DNA of 64,000 bases from Gammaproteobacteria bacterium (GTDB lineage Bacteria > Pseudomonadota > Gammaproteobacteria > UBA4575): NCBI GenBank assembly GCA_026710875.1, contig JAPOQE010000107.1, positions 6,208 to 70,207 on the forward strand, in the 5' to 3' direction. A program made the position numbers and the translations under genes. The notes beneath the pieces were generated by a model. The model was not told the DNA's origin and searched no databases. It saw only the letters and a list, made by a program, of their open reading frames with translations. Below, in pieces: positions 10,577-22,804 of this stretch. The number at the start of each line of letters is the position of its first letter. Position 1 is the stretch's first letter.

Positions 10577-11713
10577 TTATTCGAATTTGGGCTGTAGTCT
10601 AGAATACATCCGCTCAGCCTGGACCAAGGTGTCCTCGCCGGGAGGTGCAAGCACGCAAAAGTGTCCCATTTTACGGCCAGGACGGGCTTGTTGTTTACCG
10701 TAAAGATGCAGCTTGACATGCGGATCATCGATGATATCGCACCAGCGAGGTTCCCCCTCCTGCCAGAGATCTCCCAGTATATTCACCATGGTAACCGCAC
10801 TGTGTGTGACAGCACTCCCCAGTGACAAGCCACAGATTGCACGAACTTGCTGCTCGAACTGCGAGGTATAGCAGGCATCAATCGTATAATGCCCACTGTT
10901 ATGCGTGCGTGGCGCCATCTCATTAAAATAAAGGTCATTATTCCTATCAATAAAATATTCGGTCGCAAGCACTCCGCAATAATTTAGATCCTCTGCAATC
11001 TTCTGTGCATGGTGTCTTGCCAATTGCCGGGTTGCTTCATCCACGTGTGCAGGAACTGTGCTGGTAAACAATATGCCCTTGCGGTGTATGTTTTCGGCAA
11101 TCTCGAAATAACTTATTTCACCGGTAGATGAGCGAGCCAACACACTGGAAATTTCTGTTTGCAGGTCAATCACTTTCTCCAGGATACACTCCACCGCGCC
11201 CAGGTCCTTCCATGCCTGAATAGCCTGCTCAGCGTTTTTTACAACAACCTGGCCCTTTCCGTCATATCCGAATCGGTCTGTTTTAAGAATCAGGTCCGGG
11301 CCAATCTCTTTAAAGGCCTGCTCAATATCCTGTTTGCTGCATACAGGATGATACGCAGTACAAGGGATGCCAAGCGACTGTGCAAACCGCTTTTCCCTGA
11401 TCCGGCTTTGTGCGATTCCAACTGCACCTGCAGCTGGATACACGCGACAATCGTTCTGAAGATGTTCCAGTACTTCCGCTGGCACATTCTCGAACTCCGT
11501 GGTGATGACTGCGCACTCCTTCACCAGCTTGCTCAAGGCTTGCTTATCTTCATAATCAGCTTGGAGATGTAAATGGGCAATTTCTCCGGCTGGACTGCTG
11601 GGGCTTGGATCCAGCACAGCCACGCGGTAGCCCATAGCAGTCGCAGCATGGGTAAACATGCGCCCAAGCTGACCGCCACCCAACATACCAAGTGTTGAAC
11701 CTGGCAAGATCAT
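10577..11713 (-). CDS. purK: N5-carboxyaminoimidazole ribonucleotide synthase
   Basis: 378 aa; ATP-grasp; LGMLGGGQLGRM start; adjacent to purE. Confidence 0.9.
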   Translation of the reverse strand: MILPGSTLGMLGGGQLGRMFTHAATAMGYRVAVLDPSPSSPAGEIAHLHLQADYEDKQALSKLVKECAVITTEFENVPAEVLEHLQNDCRVYPAAGAVGIAQSRIREKRFAQSLGIPCTAYHPVCSKQDIEQAFKEIGPDLILKTDRFGYDGKGQVVVKNAEQAIQAWKDLGAVECILEKVIDLQTEISSVLARSSTGEISYFEIAENIHRKGILFTSTVPAHVDEATRQLARHHAQKIAEDLNYCGVLATEYFIDRNNDLYFNEMAPRTHNSGHYTIDACYTSQFEQQVRAICGLSLGSAVTHSAVTMVNILGDLWQEGEPRWCDIIDDPHVKLHLYGKQQARPGRKMGHFCVLAPPGEDTLVQAERMYSRLQPKFE

Positions 11714-11714
11714 C

Positions 11715-12203
11715 TTAGTCTGGCAGGTGTGTGTCTAGCACCTTGTCAGTCTGCTTTTTGCGAAATTCATCAAGCTTTGCTTTCAAATTCCTGTCGACGT
11801 TTGCCAACATTGCGACTGCAAAGAGCCCCGCGTTTGCAGCACCAGCTTCTCCAATTGCAAAGGTCGCAACCGGTACTCCCTTTGGCATCTGCACGATTGA
11901 ATACAAAGAATCCACTCCTGATAAAAATTTTCCTGGTACGGGCACCCCGAGAACGGGTATGGGGGTCATGGCAGCCACCATTCCAGGCAGATGGGCAGCA
12001 CCGCCAGCCCCTGCAATAATGCATCGAACACCGCGCGATTCGGCAGACTGGGCATATTCCTTCATCAAATCTGGTGTGCGGTGTGCAGATATCACCCGCT
12101 TCTCGTACAATATGCCAAACTGATCAAGAATGTCTGCAGCAGCATGCATGACTGACCAGTCACTACTGCTTCCCATGATTAGGCTTACTGTTGGATTGGC
12201 CAT
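11715..12203 (-). CDS. purE: N5-CAIR mutase
   Basis: 162 aa; MGSSSDW, AHRTP and [14 protein letters not shown] motifs. Confidence 0.95.
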   Translation of the reverse strand: MANPTVSLIMGSSSDWSVMHAAADILDQFGILYEKRVISAHRTPDLMKEYAQSAESRGVRCIIAGAGGAAHLPGMVAAMTPIPVLGVPVPGKFLSGVDSLYSIVQMPKGVPVATFAIGEAGAANAGLFAVAMLANVDRNLKAKLDEFRKKQTDKVLDTHLPD

Positions 12204-12307
12204 AAAGTTTGCTCCCTCGACGAGTTATGGAAGACAAACGCGCATTTTGGCTGAGACAGGTGAATAAAACCAGTGTGCCTCGAAGAATTGGCTACTGAAA
12301 TACCAAA

Positions 12308-13192
12308 ATGCTGTTAGAACCCGGGCTAAAATCCCTAAAAAAAATATATCAGGGCAAAGTACGAGACATTTACGAAGTCGATGACAAGCACTGGCTAATT
12401 GTAGCCAGTGACCGTATTTCTGCTTTTGATGTAGTGCTGCCCGACCTTATTCCTAAAAAAGGTATTGCACTTACTGCAGTATCCAACTTCTGGTTCAACC
12501 GGTTCGATAATCAAGTAAGCAACCACCTCAGCAACCTGTCTCTTGAAGCGGTCATCAAGGATGAGCAGGAATTACAGCGCCTGGATGGAAGAAGTGTCGT
12601 TGTGCAGAAACTTAAGGCACTGCCATTTGAAGCAATTGTGCGAGGCTATATCATAGGATCAGGTTGGAAGGAATACCAAAAGACCGGCATGATCAGCGGT
12701 GTTCGCATGCCTGAAAATCTGCAGCTGGCACAAAGACTCACTGAACCCGTTTTCACACCGTCCACCAAAGCCAGGGTAGGCGAACACGATGTAAATATCC
12801 ATTTTGACAAAGTTGTCAACCTGATTGGCAAGGACATTGCTGAGCGCGTGCGTGAAATCAGCTTACAGATCTACACGCGAGCAGCTGAATATGCACTGCA
12901 ACGCAATATCATTATTGCAGACACGAAGTTTGAATTTGGTCTGGACAACCAGGAAAACATTATCCTGATGGATGAGTTACTCACCTCTGATTCGTCTAGA
13001 TTCTGGCCAAAGGAAACTTACATCCCGGGCAAGAACCCAAATAGTCTCGACAAGCAGTACGTGCGCGACTACCTGGAAACACTGGACTGGAACAAGCAAA
13101 AGCCAGGGCCTAGTTTACCCAAGGAAGTCATAGAAAATACCAGCAGAAGATACCGGGAAGCCTGTAAACAATTAACCGGTATGACGATCTAG
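12308..13192 (+). CDS. purC: phosphoribosylaminoimidazole-succinocarboxamide synthase (long form)
   Basis: 294 aa; GKVRDIY..SDRISAFD and ADTKFEFG SAICAR-synthase blocks. Confidence 0.9.
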   Translation: MLLEPGLKSLKKIYQGKVRDIYEVDDKHWLIVASDRISAFDVVLPDLIPKKGIALTAVSNFWFNRFDNQVSNHLSNLSLEAVIKDEQELQRLDGRSVVVQKLKALPFEAIVRGYIIGSGWKEYQKTGMISGVRMPENLQLAQRLTEPVFTPSTKARVGEHDVNIHFDKVVNLIGKDIAERVREISLQIYTRAAEYALQRNIIIADTKFEFGLDNQENIILMDELLTSDSSRFWPKETYIPGKNPNSLDKQYVRDYLETLDWNKQKPGPSLPKEVIENTSRRYREACKQLTGMTI

Positions 13193-13205
13193 CCATCCCT
13201 TCATC

Positions 13206-13892
13206 ATGGTTTCTCGCAAAGGGATTTTTATTACAGGCACAGATACCGACGTTGGCAAAACATATGTCGGAACACAAATCGTCACATTGCTGCATGAAAA
13301 CAGTATCAATGTGGTGCCTCGAAAACCAATTGAATCCGGGTGCATTCGTATCCAGGACGCGCTTGTGCCACAAGATGCGCATCAATACTATGAAGCCACA
13401 AACCGTAAATTCCCGCTCGCAGAGGTGTGTCCTTTTCGTTTCGAGCCAGCGATCTCACCACAACGTGCAGCACGTCTGGCCAATCAACCCGTGTATACCG
13501 AAGAAGCATTTGCAAAATGCGTACAGGGGACAACGCATGAAGATTTCCTGGTCGTCGAAGGTGCGGGGGGATTCTATTCGCCACTGTGCGAAGATGGCAT
13601 GAATTCAGACCTTGCCAAAAGACTGGGCTTGTCCGTTTTGCTGGTTGCGAATGACAAGCTTGGTTGTATCAACCATATCCTGCTAACCATTGAGGCCATT
13701 CGTACCCAAGGGTTGTCTGCATGTGCAGTGATCCTGAACCAAATCGCTGCACATGATACTTCTGAAATGAATAATTTCGATGATGTAGCCGAGCGGCTAA
13801 GAGTACCGGTTTTCACGATTTCCCATCAGGAAGTACTGCAAAATACCACTGAGAAGGCACGCTCAATTCTCCTGGCAGTAAGGGGCCATTAA
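13206..13892 (+). CDS. bioD: ATP-dependent dethiobiotin synthetase
   Basis: 228 aa; GTDTDVGKT P-loop, EGAGG, CINH; starts 13 bp after the purC stop. Confidence 0.8.
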   Translation: MVSRKGIFITGTDTDVGKTYVGTQIVTLLHENSINVVPRKPIESGCIRIQDALVPQDAHQYYEATNRKFPLAEVCPFRFEPAISPQRAARLANQPVYTEEAFAKCVQGTTHEDFLVVEGAGGFYSPLCEDGMNSDLAKRLGLSVLLVANDKLGCINHILLTIEAIRTQGLSACAVILNQIAAHDTSEMNNFDDVAERLRVPVFTISHQEVLQNTTEKARSILLAVRGH

Positions 13893-13944
13893 AACCGGAC
13901 CCAGACCGTTCCTGAGGGCCCACACCTTGTGGACCCTTCCAGAA

Positions 13945-15252
13945 CTACATGTTGTATCCGGCTTCCTCGTGTTGGGTAATGTCCAAACCTTCCGTTTCCT
14001 GTTGGTCATCAACACGCAGTCCTACAATCACCTTCACGACCTGCAAGATCACAAAAGTGGCAATGGTAGTCCATATCAGCACTGCAAGGATGCCCTGAAG
14101 CTGGACCCACACCTGCTGGCCCATGGTGACACCTTCAGCCAGGCCGGCTCCTCCAAATTGCTCGGCAACCAGAATACCGCAGAGGAACGTACCTAGAATT
14201 CCCCCAATACCGTGTACCGGGAATACATCCAGTGAGTCATCGATCTGCAGAACGCGTTTAATGTAGTTTGTCGCAGCAAAGCAGACCAGGCCTGCAACAG
14301 CACCAATGACAAGTGCTCCCAGAGGCCCTACAAATCCCGACGCCGGGGTGATGCTCCCAAGCCCAGCCACCATTCCTGTAACTATTCCAAGAACACTTGG
14401 CTTGCCATAGCGGATCCACTCGGCAAACATCCAGACGAGTGATGCGGTAGCAGCACTGAGATGCGTGACCAGCATGGCCATTCCTGCATCCTGATTAGCA
14501 GCGACTGCACTTCCTGCATTGAAGCCAAACCATCCGACCCACAGCATCCCGGCACCAGTCACCGACATGGTCAAATTATGAGGCGGCATCGCGGTCCTCG
14601 GGAAACCCTTTCTTTTACCAAGCACCATGGCAGCAACGATTGCACCCGTTCCAGCAGTCAGATGGACAACCAGCCCGCCTGCAAAATCCAGTACACCTTT
14701 CTCGCCTAGCCAGCCGCCACCCCAAACCCAGTGACAGACCGGAAGATAGACAAGCAGCAACCACAGTGCAGAAAACCACAGCATGGAAGAAAACTTCATA
14801 CGCTCTGCAAAACCACCGACAACCAGTGCGGGCGTAATGATGGCAAAGGTCAACTGAAACATGATAAATACTGTTTCCGGGATGGTTCCACTCATCGAGT
14901 CTCGAGTTACGCCCGACAAAAATGTATTGGACAGACCGCCTATCCAGTTGTTTAGGGTACCTCCATCACTGAAAGCAAGACTGTAACCAAATACCAACCA
15001 TAAAAGGGAAATCAGGCAAGTGATCGAAAAACACTGCATCAACACTGACAAAACATTCTTGCTGCGCACCAGGCCTGCGTAGAACAGTGACAATCCGGGA
15101 ATTGTCATGAACAGCACCAATGCAGTGGAGGTCAGGATCCACGCGGTATCACCTGTATCCAGAGCTGACTCAGCCCATACGGCAGATGGGAGCAGATAGA
15201 CCAACATGGTAGCAAGGCAGAAGCTTCTACAGCTTTTATGTATTACTTTCAT
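13945..15252 (-). CDS. amtB: ammonium transporter
   Basis: Start trimmed to MKVIHK: AGGAAA lies 8 nt upstream and this avoids overlapping glnK. Amt family TM blocks; signal-like N-terminus. Confidence 0.9.
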   Translation of the reverse strand: MKVIHKSCRSFCLATMLVYLLPSAVWAESALDTGDTAWILTSTALVLFMTIPGLSLFYAGLVRSKNVLSVLMQCFSITCLISLLWLVFGYSLAFSDGGTLNNWIGGLSNTFLSGVTRDSMSGTIPETVFIMFQLTFAIITPALVVGGFAERMKFSSMLWFSALWLLLVYLPVCHWVWGGGWLGEKGVLDFAGGLVVHLTAGTGAIVAAMVLGKRKGFPRTAMPPHNLTMSVTGAGMLWVGWFGFNAGSAVAANQDAGMAMLVTHLSAATASLVWMFAEWIRYGKPSVLGIVTGMVAGLGSITPASGFVGPLGALVIGAVAGLVCFAATNYIKRVLQIDDSLDVFPVHGIGGILGTFLCGILVAEQFGGAGLAEGVTMGQQVWVQLQGILAVLIWTTIATFVILQVVKVIVGLRVDDQQETEGLDITQHEEAGYNM

Positions 15253-15271
15253 TTGTATTTCCTGGTATTTC

Positions 15272-15622
<351 letters not shown>

Positions 15623-15787
15623 TCACATATGTGATTTCAACAATATCCGATTTAAGTCTTCGCTGCGTTTCAGGTACCTGAACAGGTCACCGCTCCTGGC
15701 TGCAGAAGATTATAAATAAATTAGTATGCGGGTGCACTTGAGTACGCAGTGTGAGTTTTATTTGCACAAGCTGCATACCAAACCGCA

Positions 15788-16813
15788 TTAAGCCGCCTGG
15801 CTTTCCATGGCATCCGTGTACTTGCCAAGTGCCGCCGATCCGTTGCATTTAGCACGCCAGAGCAATGCTTGCTGGGCTTTTTGTACATTGGCATTATCAC
15901 CATTCCATACTTGCATTGCCGTTTGCTGCAAGGCACGTCCGTAGGAAAATGTTAAGGCCCAAGGCCGTGAGAGTCCCGACAAATTTATTGCGTTAAGGTG
16001 CTGACTTGCTTCCTGGTCCGTTTGTCCGCCTGACAAAAAGGCTATACCAGGTACTGCTGCAGGCACAGTGTTCAGCAAGCAGCGTACAGTTTGCTCTGCA
16101 ACGGTTTCCACATCTGCACGGGACTTGGCAGACGCCCCGGAAATTACCATGCTGGGCTTGAGAATCATGCCTTCAAGCGCTACCCCCTGGTTTTTGAGCT
16201 GGTAGAAGACAACTCTCTGAGTGAGTTCTGTAACTTCATAGCAGCGCTCAATCGAGTGATCACCATCCATAAGCACTTCAGGTTCTACAATGGGGACAAG
16301 TCCTGCCTCCTGGCTTATGCGTGCATAGCGCGCCAGCGCATGGGCATTAGCCTCTATACATGCCCAGCTGGAAATGCCCTTTCCTATTGTTATCACTGCA
16401 CGCCATTTGGAAAATCGAGCACCCAGTTCAAAATACTCGGTACACCGCTCTTGCAGTCCATCCAGTCCATGAGTCACTTTTTCTTCCTCATGGCCCGCCA
16501 GGGGTTTGGCTCCTGCATCTACCTTGATTCCTGGGATGATGCCTTTATTGGCCAAGTGGTCGGCAAACGGTGTCCCATCCAATGTCTTTTGACGGATGGT
16601 TTCATCAAACAGAATGGCACCGCTGACGTAGTCAGACAGACCATCCGCTGTAACCAGCATGTCCCGGTATTCTTGGCGCATGGTCTCCGTGGTAGGGATT
16701 CCTAGCTTCTCAAAGCGTTTGTTGCAGGTAGGATGACTCTCATCCATGGCAAGAATCCCGCGCCCTGGCGCGACCATGGCGCATGCAACCTTGTTAAGCT
16801 CTTCGTTATTCAT
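15788..16813 (-). CDS. fba: fructose-bisphosphate aldolase, class I
   Basis: 341 aa; GILAMDES, IIPGIKVD and Schiff-base Lys region LEGMILKPSMV typical of class I (eukaryote-like) aldolase. Confidence 0.85.
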   Translation of the reverse strand: MNNEELNKVACAMVAPGRGILAMDESHPTCNKRFEKLGIPTTETMRQEYRDMLVTADGLSDYVSGAILFDETIRQKTLDGTPFADHLANKGIIPGIKVDAGAKPLAGHEEEKVTHGLDGLQERCTEYFELGARFSKWRAVITIGKGISSWACIEANAHALARYARISQEAGLVPIVEPEVLMDGDHSIERCYEVTELTQRVVFYQLKNQGVALEGMILKPSMVISGASAKSRADVETVAEQTVRCLLNTVPAAVPGIAFLSGGQTDQEASQHLNAINLSGLSRPWALTFSYGRALQQTAMQVWNGDNANVQKAQQALLWRAKCNGSAALGKYTDAMESQAA

Positions 16814-16888
16814 ACAGTTTCTCCTGATACGGGTCGCAAATTTCTAAATCTAGCCGGCAATTTCGTATGTATTTCAGCCTGCAGACAT

Positions 16889-18367
16889 TCATTCCGGTTC
16901 TATCAAGTGCCCTACGCGAACAATTTTCAATGCATTCGTGCCGCCGTCAACTCCGATCAGATCACCTTTGGTAATGATCACCAGATCATTCTCCTGTACG
17001 ACACGGCATCGAAGCAGCACATCAATTGCATTTTTATTCACTTCGGCGTGAGAGCGGCTGAGAATTTCCATGGGAGCTGGATAGACGCCCTTGTATAAGG
17101 TCACCCTGCGCAGGGTTTTTTCATGTTGCGTCAGTGCATAGATCGGAATTGCAGAACTGATTCTGGACATCCACAGTGCGGTGGATCCTGATTCAGTCAG
17201 TGCGGCAATGGCTGCCACGTTCAAATGGTTTGCCGTGTACATTGCCGACATTGCAATGGCTTCATCGACTCTCCCAAATCTTGAGTACATACGGTGGTCA
17301 GATACCGCATTCAGGACTCTTCGCTCCGAGGCCAGGCAGGTACGGTGCATCGCCTTCACGGCTTGTACCGGGAATCTCCCAACTGCAGTTTCACCCGAAA
17401 GCATCACTGCATCTGTTCCATCCAGGACGGCATTGGCAACGTCCGATACTTCCGCACGGGTAGGAATCGGGCTATGGGTCATGGATTCCATCATCTGCGT
17501 TGCTGTAATGGCAATACGATTCTTGTCGTGTGCCCTGTCGATCAGCAGCTTCTGAACACCCGGCACTTCAGCATCACCGATCTCAACACCGAGGTCTCCT
17601 CGACCAATCATGATCGCGTCACACTCATCCAGGATTTCATCGATCGTATCCAGAGCTTCAATCCGCTCGACTTTCGCAATGATCCCGCCGCTACCACCTG
17701 CTTTCATGAACAACTCTCTGGCCTGTCTGACATCATCTGCAGAGCGAGGAAATGAAACGGCCAGATAGTCAATGTCCAGCTTCACCGCATCAAGAATATC
17801 CTGTTGATCCTTATCCGTCAGAGCTGCTACTGCCAGCCCGCCTCCTTTGCGATTTACCCCCTTGCTACTGTGAAGCTCTCCCCCCATGACAACTTCATTA
17901 TGTATCTTACCCTCTGCAACTTGCGTAACCTTGAGCACGATCCTTCCATCATCGATAAGCAGGATGTCACCAACACTTACATCATCCGCCAAATTCGCAT
18001 AAGTTGTTCCGACGACCTTCTCATTACCTTGACCCAAGGGTAAGCTCGCATCGATACAAAATGCCTCTCCAGCATCCAGCTGGACCTTTTTATCCTTGAA
18101 TGCCCCGATTCTGATTTTCGCGCCCTGCAGGTCCCCGAGAACACCCACTTCATGATGTTTTTCCTTGCTCAACTTGCGCAAGGTTTTTATACGCCACGAA
18201 TTTTCCTCGTAGGTGCTATGTGAGAAATTAAGACGCACAAGATCAATGCCGACATCGATCAGATCGGCCATGATTTGCTCACTGTCTGTGGCCGGCCCAA
18301 GCGTTGCAATTATTTTGGTATGCCGGAAATTGGCTTTCCTGTCACGGACTCCTGTATTCGACTCCAT
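16889..18367 (-). CDS. pyk: pyruvate kinase
   Basis: Start trimmed to MESNTG; TKIIATLGPA, MIGRGDLGVEI, MLSGETA motifs. Confidence 0.85.
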   Translation of the reverse strand: MESNTGVRDRKANFRHTKIIATLGPATDSEQIMADLIDVGIDLVRLNFSHSTYEENSWRIKTLRKLSKEKHHEVGVLGDLQGAKIRIGAFKDKKVQLDAGEAFCIDASLPLGQGNEKVVGTTYANLADDVSVGDILLIDDGRIVLKVTQVAEGKIHNEVVMGGELHSSKGVNRKGGGLAVAALTDKDQQDILDAVKLDIDYLAVSFPRSADDVRQARELFMKAGGSGGIIAKVERIEALDTIDEILDECDAIMIGRGDLGVEIGDAEVPGVQKLLIDRAHDKNRIAITATQMMESMTHSPIPTRAEVSDVANAVLDGTDAVMLSGETAVGRFPVQAVKAMHRTCLASERRVLNAVSDHRMYSRFGRVDEAIAMSAMYTANHLNVAAIAALTESGSTALWMSRISSAIPIYALTQHEKTLRRVTLYKGVYPAPMEILSRSHAEVNKNAIDVLLRCRVVQENDLVIITKGDLIGVDGGTNALKIVRVGHLIEPE

Positions 18368-18447
18368 GTCAGATCCCGGAATTGGGGTGCGCGGCTGAAG
18401 GCTGTGTAAATGGATTGCCTGAATCAACCTGATTATTGCTGGTCATT

Positions 18448-19620
18448 CTATGCACTGGCTCTTTGTTCTAAAATTTCAACGGCAGGCAGTACTTTTCCTT
18501 CCAAGTACTCGAGAAAAGCGCCGCCACCAGTGGAGATATATGAAATTTGGTGTCCCAGATCAAACAGGTCGATAGCAGCCAGCGTATCACCACCCCCTGC
18601 AATTGAGAATGCCTGGCTCTCGGCAACAGCTCTCGCGATAATCTCCGTACCCCGTGAAAAGCCTTCAATCTCGAACACGCCCACTGGGCCATTCCATATG
18701 ATTGTACCCGCATCATACAGATAGGAGGCCAGTCTTTTTGATGAGTCCGGACCAAAGTCGAGAATCATGTCATCCGCACTGACCGCATCCACCCGCTTCG
18801 TAGTAGCCGTGGCAACTTCAGAAACCTCGGTCGAGCAGACAACATCCCTTGGTAGTGGAATCTCCATATTTCTGCGACTCCCTTCCTCTAGCAGGTCCTT
18901 AGCAATTCCCACCTGGTCTTTCTCATACAGGGAGTTTCCTATCGGTTTGCCAGCAGCCGCCAGAAAAGTGTTGGCAATCCCACCGCCTACTATCAACTGG
19001 TCAACTTTGTTCAGCAACGATTTCAGTATTTTTAGCTTCGTCGAAACTTTGGCGCCCCCTACAATCCCTACCAACGGCCTATCCGGCATGGCCAAGGACT
19101 TGTCCAGTGCATGCAACTCCCTCTCCAGCAACGGTCCGGCACAAGCGACAGGAGCATGCTTTGCAACACCGTGGGTTGAAGCCTGGGCACGGTGGGCAGT
19201 CCCGAACGCATCCATCACGTAGATATCACACAAGCTTGCAATTTTTTTTGCAAGCTGATCATCATTTTGAAGTTCACCAACTTGAAAACGCACATTCTCG
19301 CACAGGATGACCTGACCTGTTCCAGCATCGACGCCATTCAGCCAGTCTCTTTCAAAATGTACGTCAAAGCCGCAGTGTTCTTGCAGATACTCTGCAACGG
19401 GCGAAAGTGAGAGTGCCTCATCGTACTGCCCTTCGACAGGGCGTCCTCTATGGGAAAGCACAATGACCTTGGCATTCTGCTCCATTGCCAAACGCAGTGT
19501 GGGCAGGGCCGCCTCTATCCGCTTGGCACTGGTTATCCGACCATCCTTTACAGGGACATTCAGGTCCTCACGGATCAGCACACGACGACCCGCGAGATCA
19601 AGATCAGACATGCTTAACAC
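18448..19620 (-). CDS. pgk: phosphoglycerate kinase
   Basis: 390 aa; [19 protein letters not shown] motifs. Confidence 0.9.
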   Translation of the reverse strand: MLSMSDLDLAGRRVLIREDLNVPVKDGRITSAKRIEAALPTLRLAMEQNAKVIVLSHRGRPVEGQYDEALSLSPVAEYLQEHCGFDVHFERDWLNGVDAGTGQVILCENVRFQVGELQNDDQLAKKIASLCDIYVMDAFGTAHRAQASTHGVAKHAPVACAGPLLERELHALDKSLAMPDRPLVGIVGGAKVSTKLKILKSLLNKVDQLIVGGGIANTFLAAAGKPIGNSLYEKDQVGIAKDLLEEGSRRNMEIPLPRDVVCSTEVSEVATATTKRVDAVSADDMILDFGPDSSKRLASYLYDAGTIIWNGPVGVFEIEGFSRGTEIIARAVAESQAFSIAGGGDTLAAIDLFDLGHQISYISTGGGAFLEYLEGKVLPAVEILEQRASA

Positions 19621-19678
19621 GGGCTATGTCCGGTGGTGAAGCTGTGCACTGCTGAATTGCGGCAGCCGGGCAGATCTG

Positions 19679-20683
19679 TCACTTGGCGTTCATCAATGCA
19701 AGTGTCGTATCCAGCATACGGTTGGAAAATCCCCATTCATTGTCATACCAGGAACAGACCTTCACATTGCGACCGCCCATGACCTTGGTCAGGGATGCAT
19801 CGAAGTTGGAGGAATGAGCGTCGTGGTTAAAGTCCACCGATACCAGGGGTGCATCCACATACTCCAGCACGTGCCCATCCGCCGCATCCTTCATTATAGA
19901 ATTGACTTCTTCAACGCTCGTGTCACGGGCTGCCATGAACGTCAGATCGACCAGTGAGACATTGACAGTGGGGACACGAATGGCAAAACCGTCAAGCTTG
20001 CCATTCAGTTCCGGGAGCACCAGTCCTACTGCAGAGGCAGCTCCGGTTTGAGTGGGAATCATCGACATGGTTGCCGAGCGAGCACGCCGTAAATCGGTGT
20101 GGTAGACATCTGTCAGCACCTGATCATTCGTATAGGCATGCACCGTAGTCATCACCCCATTTACCACGCCAATTTTCTCATGCAATGGTTTCACCATCGG
20201 TGCCAGACAGTTGGTAGTGCATGAAGCATTTGAAATGACCGTGTCTTTTGCACTCAACACGTCGTGATTGACACCGTATACAACCGTGGCATCAACGTCC
20301 TGACCTCCCGGTGCAGAAATTATGACTTTTTTCGCTCCCGCGGTTAAATGTCCAGAAGCCTTCTCCTTGCTGGCGAAAAATCCCGTGCTCTCATGCACGA
20401 CATCAACGCCCAGCTCTGCCCATGGAAGTTGACTCGGATCACGCTCTGCGTATACCCGGATACGATCTCCGTTAATGATCATGTATTCCCCATCCACATC
20501 GACAGTGCCATTAAATCTTCCATGTGCCGTGTCAAAACGGGTCAGGTGAGCATTGGTATCTGCATCCCCCAAGTCATTGATTGCAACCACTTGAATTTCT
20601 GTATTGCGTCCCGACTCGTACAAGGCACGCATGATATTCCTGCCTATTCGGCCATACCCATTAATTGCAAGTTTTATAGTCAT
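19679..20683 (-). CDS. gap: glyceraldehyde-3-phosphate dehydrogenase, type I
   Basis: Start trimmed to [15 protein letters not shown] (NAD-binding); active site [12 protein letters not shown]. Confidence 0.9.
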   Translation of the reverse strand: MTIKLAINGYGRIGRNIMRALYESGRNTEIQVVAINDLGDADTNAHLTRFDTAHGRFNGTVDVDGEYMIINGDRIRVYAERDPSQLPWAELGVDVVHESTGFFASKEKASGHLTAGAKKVIISAPGGQDVDATVVYGVNHDVLSAKDTVISNASCTTNCLAPMVKPLHEKIGVVNGVMTTVHAYTNDQVLTDVYHTDLRRARSATMSMIPTQTGAASAVGLVLPELNGKLDGFAIRVPTVNVSLVDLTFMAARDTSVEEVNSIMKDAADGHVLEYVDAPLVSVDFNHDAHSSNFDASLTKVMGGRNVKVCSWYDNEWGFSNRMLDTTLALMNAK

Positions 20684-20717
20684 TACTTTCTCCGTACTTC
20701 CTTCTAAAACAAAGCCT

Positions 20718-22718
20718 CTATCCGTCAAGCATTCCTAAAGCGTGCTCGACAATATGATCACTTGTAAATCCAAAATGCTGCATTACAGCCTGACCAGGTG
20801 CAGATGCCCCGAAAGTGGAAATTCCGATTGTATCTCCGTCGAATCCCACGTATTTCAGCCAGTAATCCGGAACCCCCGCCTCAATTGCCAGGCGCATGCG
20901 GACAGAATCCGGCAAGACAGATTCCTTGTATGCGTCACCCTGGGCATCAAATACATCTGTACTTGGCATGGAAACAAGACGCACCTTCCTGCCCTGATTA
21001 TTCAGGGCTTCTGCAGCCTGCAGCGCGATTCCCAGCTCTGACCCGGTAGCAATCAGAATGAGTTCTGGAGTTGTCGCACAATCCAGTACTATGTAGCCTC
21101 CCCTGGCAATTTGGGCTACCTGTTCTGCATTTCGCTGTATGAAAGGCAGGTTCTGGCGTGAAAATACCAGGCTGGTCGGTCCGCTAACCCGTTCGATCGC
21201 ATGTTTCCACGCAACCGCCGTTTCAACCGTATCGGCTGGACGCCACACAGACATGTTCGGGATATATCGCAGCGTTGCAAGCTGTTCTACCGCCTGGTGA
21301 GTCGGGCCATCTTCCCCCAGCCCTATCGAATCGTGGGTATACACAAAAATGTTTCTCTGGCGCATCAAGGCAGCCATACGAAGCGCGTTGCGCGCATATT
21401 CGGAAAATACCAGGAAGGTCGCGCTGTACGGGATAAAGCCGCCATGCAGGGCAATGCCTGTATTGATCGCTGACATCCCGAACTCTCGAACACCAAAATA
21501 AATATAGTTTGCAGATGCATGCGTTGCACTTACGGCCACCGACCCGGACCACCAGGTATTGTTGGAGCCAGTCAAGTCCGCCGACCCGCCAATCATCTCC
21601 GGAAGAACATTCGCATACCCTTCCAGTGCAAGCTCCGAGGCCTTGCGCGTGGCAACGGTTTTGCCATCCTCCACCGCTTTCCTGATCACTTGCGTTGATT
21701 CCACGTCCCAGTTCGACGGCAAGTCACCCTGAATTCTTCTGGATAATTCAGCCGCGAGCTGCGGATATTGCTGCTGGTATTGCTTGAATTTATCTTTCCA
21801 CGCCAATTGCTGGTCATTCCCTTTTCCCGTCGCATCCCAGCACCCGTAGACTGATTCCGGGATATGGAAAGGCTCATGCTCCCAGCCAATGGCTGCGCGC
21901 ACCTGTTCAATCTCCTGCTCGCCCAACGGCGCACCGTGTGTGGCTGCCGTGCCCTGCTTGTTTGGCGACCCCCAACCAATCACTGTCTTACAACAAATCA
22001 GAGTCGGGCGTGTGAGTGCGCTTCTTGCGTTTTCAATGGCATTCTTCACCTGCACGGCATCGTGGCCATCGACGTCAGCGATTACATGCCATCCATAAGA
22101 CTGAAATCGCTTCGGTGTGTCATCAGTAAACCAGCCCTCGACTTCGCCATCGATGGATATTCCATTGTCATCGTAAAAGACAATCAGCTTGCCAAGACCA
22201 AGGGTTCCTGCAAGAGAGCACACTTCGTGCGATATGCCTTCCATCAGGCAGCCATCCCCAGTAAATACATAGGTGTAGTGGTCTACAATCTCCAGATCTT
22301 CTTGATTGAATGTCGCTGCCAGAATCTTTTCTGCAAGTGCCATTCCAACGGCATTTGCAAGGCCCTGTCCGAGCGGACCGGTCGTTGTTTCCACACCCGG
22401 GGTATCGCCGTACTCCGGATGACCGGGCGTTCTGGAATGCAGCTGTCGGAAGTTCCTGAGTTCTTCCATGGAAACGTCATAGCCTGTCAGGTGCAACAGT
22501 GAATACAGCAACATGGAACCATGTCCATTGGACAAGACAAAGCGGTCGCGATCCGGCCATGTGGGATCTTTCGGATTGTGCTTCAGATAGTCATTCCACA
22601 GTACTTCTGCGATATCGGCCATGCCCATTGGCATCCCAGGATGACCTGAATTCGCATGCTGCACGGCATCCATGCTGAGTGCACGGATCGAGTTTGCAAG
22701 TTCCTGACGATTTCCCAT
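20718..22718 (-). CDS. tkt: transketolase
   Basis: 666 aa; [24 protein letters not shown] thiamine-PP motif region. Confidence 0.95.
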   Translation of the reverse strand: MGNRQELANSIRALSMDAVQHANSGHPGMPMGMADIAEVLWNDYLKHNPKDPTWPDRDRFVLSNGHGSMLLYSLLHLTGYDVSMEELRNFRQLHSRTPGHPEYGDTPGVETTTGPLGQGLANAVGMALAEKILAATFNQEDLEIVDHYTYVFTGDGCLMEGISHEVCSLAGTLGLGKLIVFYDDNGISIDGEVEGWFTDDTPKRFQSYGWHVIADVDGHDAVQVKNAIENARSALTRPTLICCKTVIGWGSPNKQGTAATHGAPLGEQEIEQVRAAIGWEHEPFHIPESVYGCWDATGKGNDQQLAWKDKFKQYQQQYPQLAAELSRRIQGDLPSNWDVESTQVIRKAVEDGKTVATRKASELALEGYANVLPEMIGGSADLTGSNNTWWSGSVAVSATHASANYIYFGVREFGMSAINTGIALHGGFIPYSATFLVFSEYARNALRMAALMRQRNIFVYTHDSIGLGEDGPTHQAVEQLATLRYIPNMSVWRPADTVETAVAWKHAIERVSGPTSLVFSRQNLPFIQRNAEQVAQIARGGYIVLDCATTPELILIATGSELGIALQAAEALNNQGRKVRLVSMPSTDVFDAQGDAYKESVLPDSVRMRLAIEAGVPDYWLKYVGFDGDTIGISTFGASAPGQAVMQHFGFTSDHIVEHALGMLDG

Positions 22719-22769
22719 CCAGACGATTCCTTACAGTCGGCACAGTCGACTGCCGCTGTCATCGTATAA

Positions 22770-22804
22770 ACTCAAATAGAAAGGGTCCTGCTTGCACAGG
22801 ACCC
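22770..22804 (-). terminator. rho-independent terminator downstream of the GPP34-P450 gene
   Basis: Perfect inverted repeat GGGTCCTG-cttgca-CAGGACCC at 22783-22804; on the minus strand it is followed by TTTCTATTT. Confidence 0.6.

Noticed and set aside
13893-13944. Imperfect hairpin GGGCCCAC/GTGGACCC between convergent bioD and amtB as a bidirectional terminator
   Set aside because: The stem has a mismatch and there is no U-tract on either strand. It is plausible but too weak to call.
21864-22502. 212-aa plus-strand ORF inside tkt, and similar long antisense ORFs (33675..34358, 36027..36680, 38157..38729, 58873..59670, 60496..61038, 23847..24392)
   Set aside because: These lie entirely antisense to strongly conserved genes and have low-complexity Cys/Arg-rich translations. 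They are shadow ORFs expected in ~50% GC DNA.
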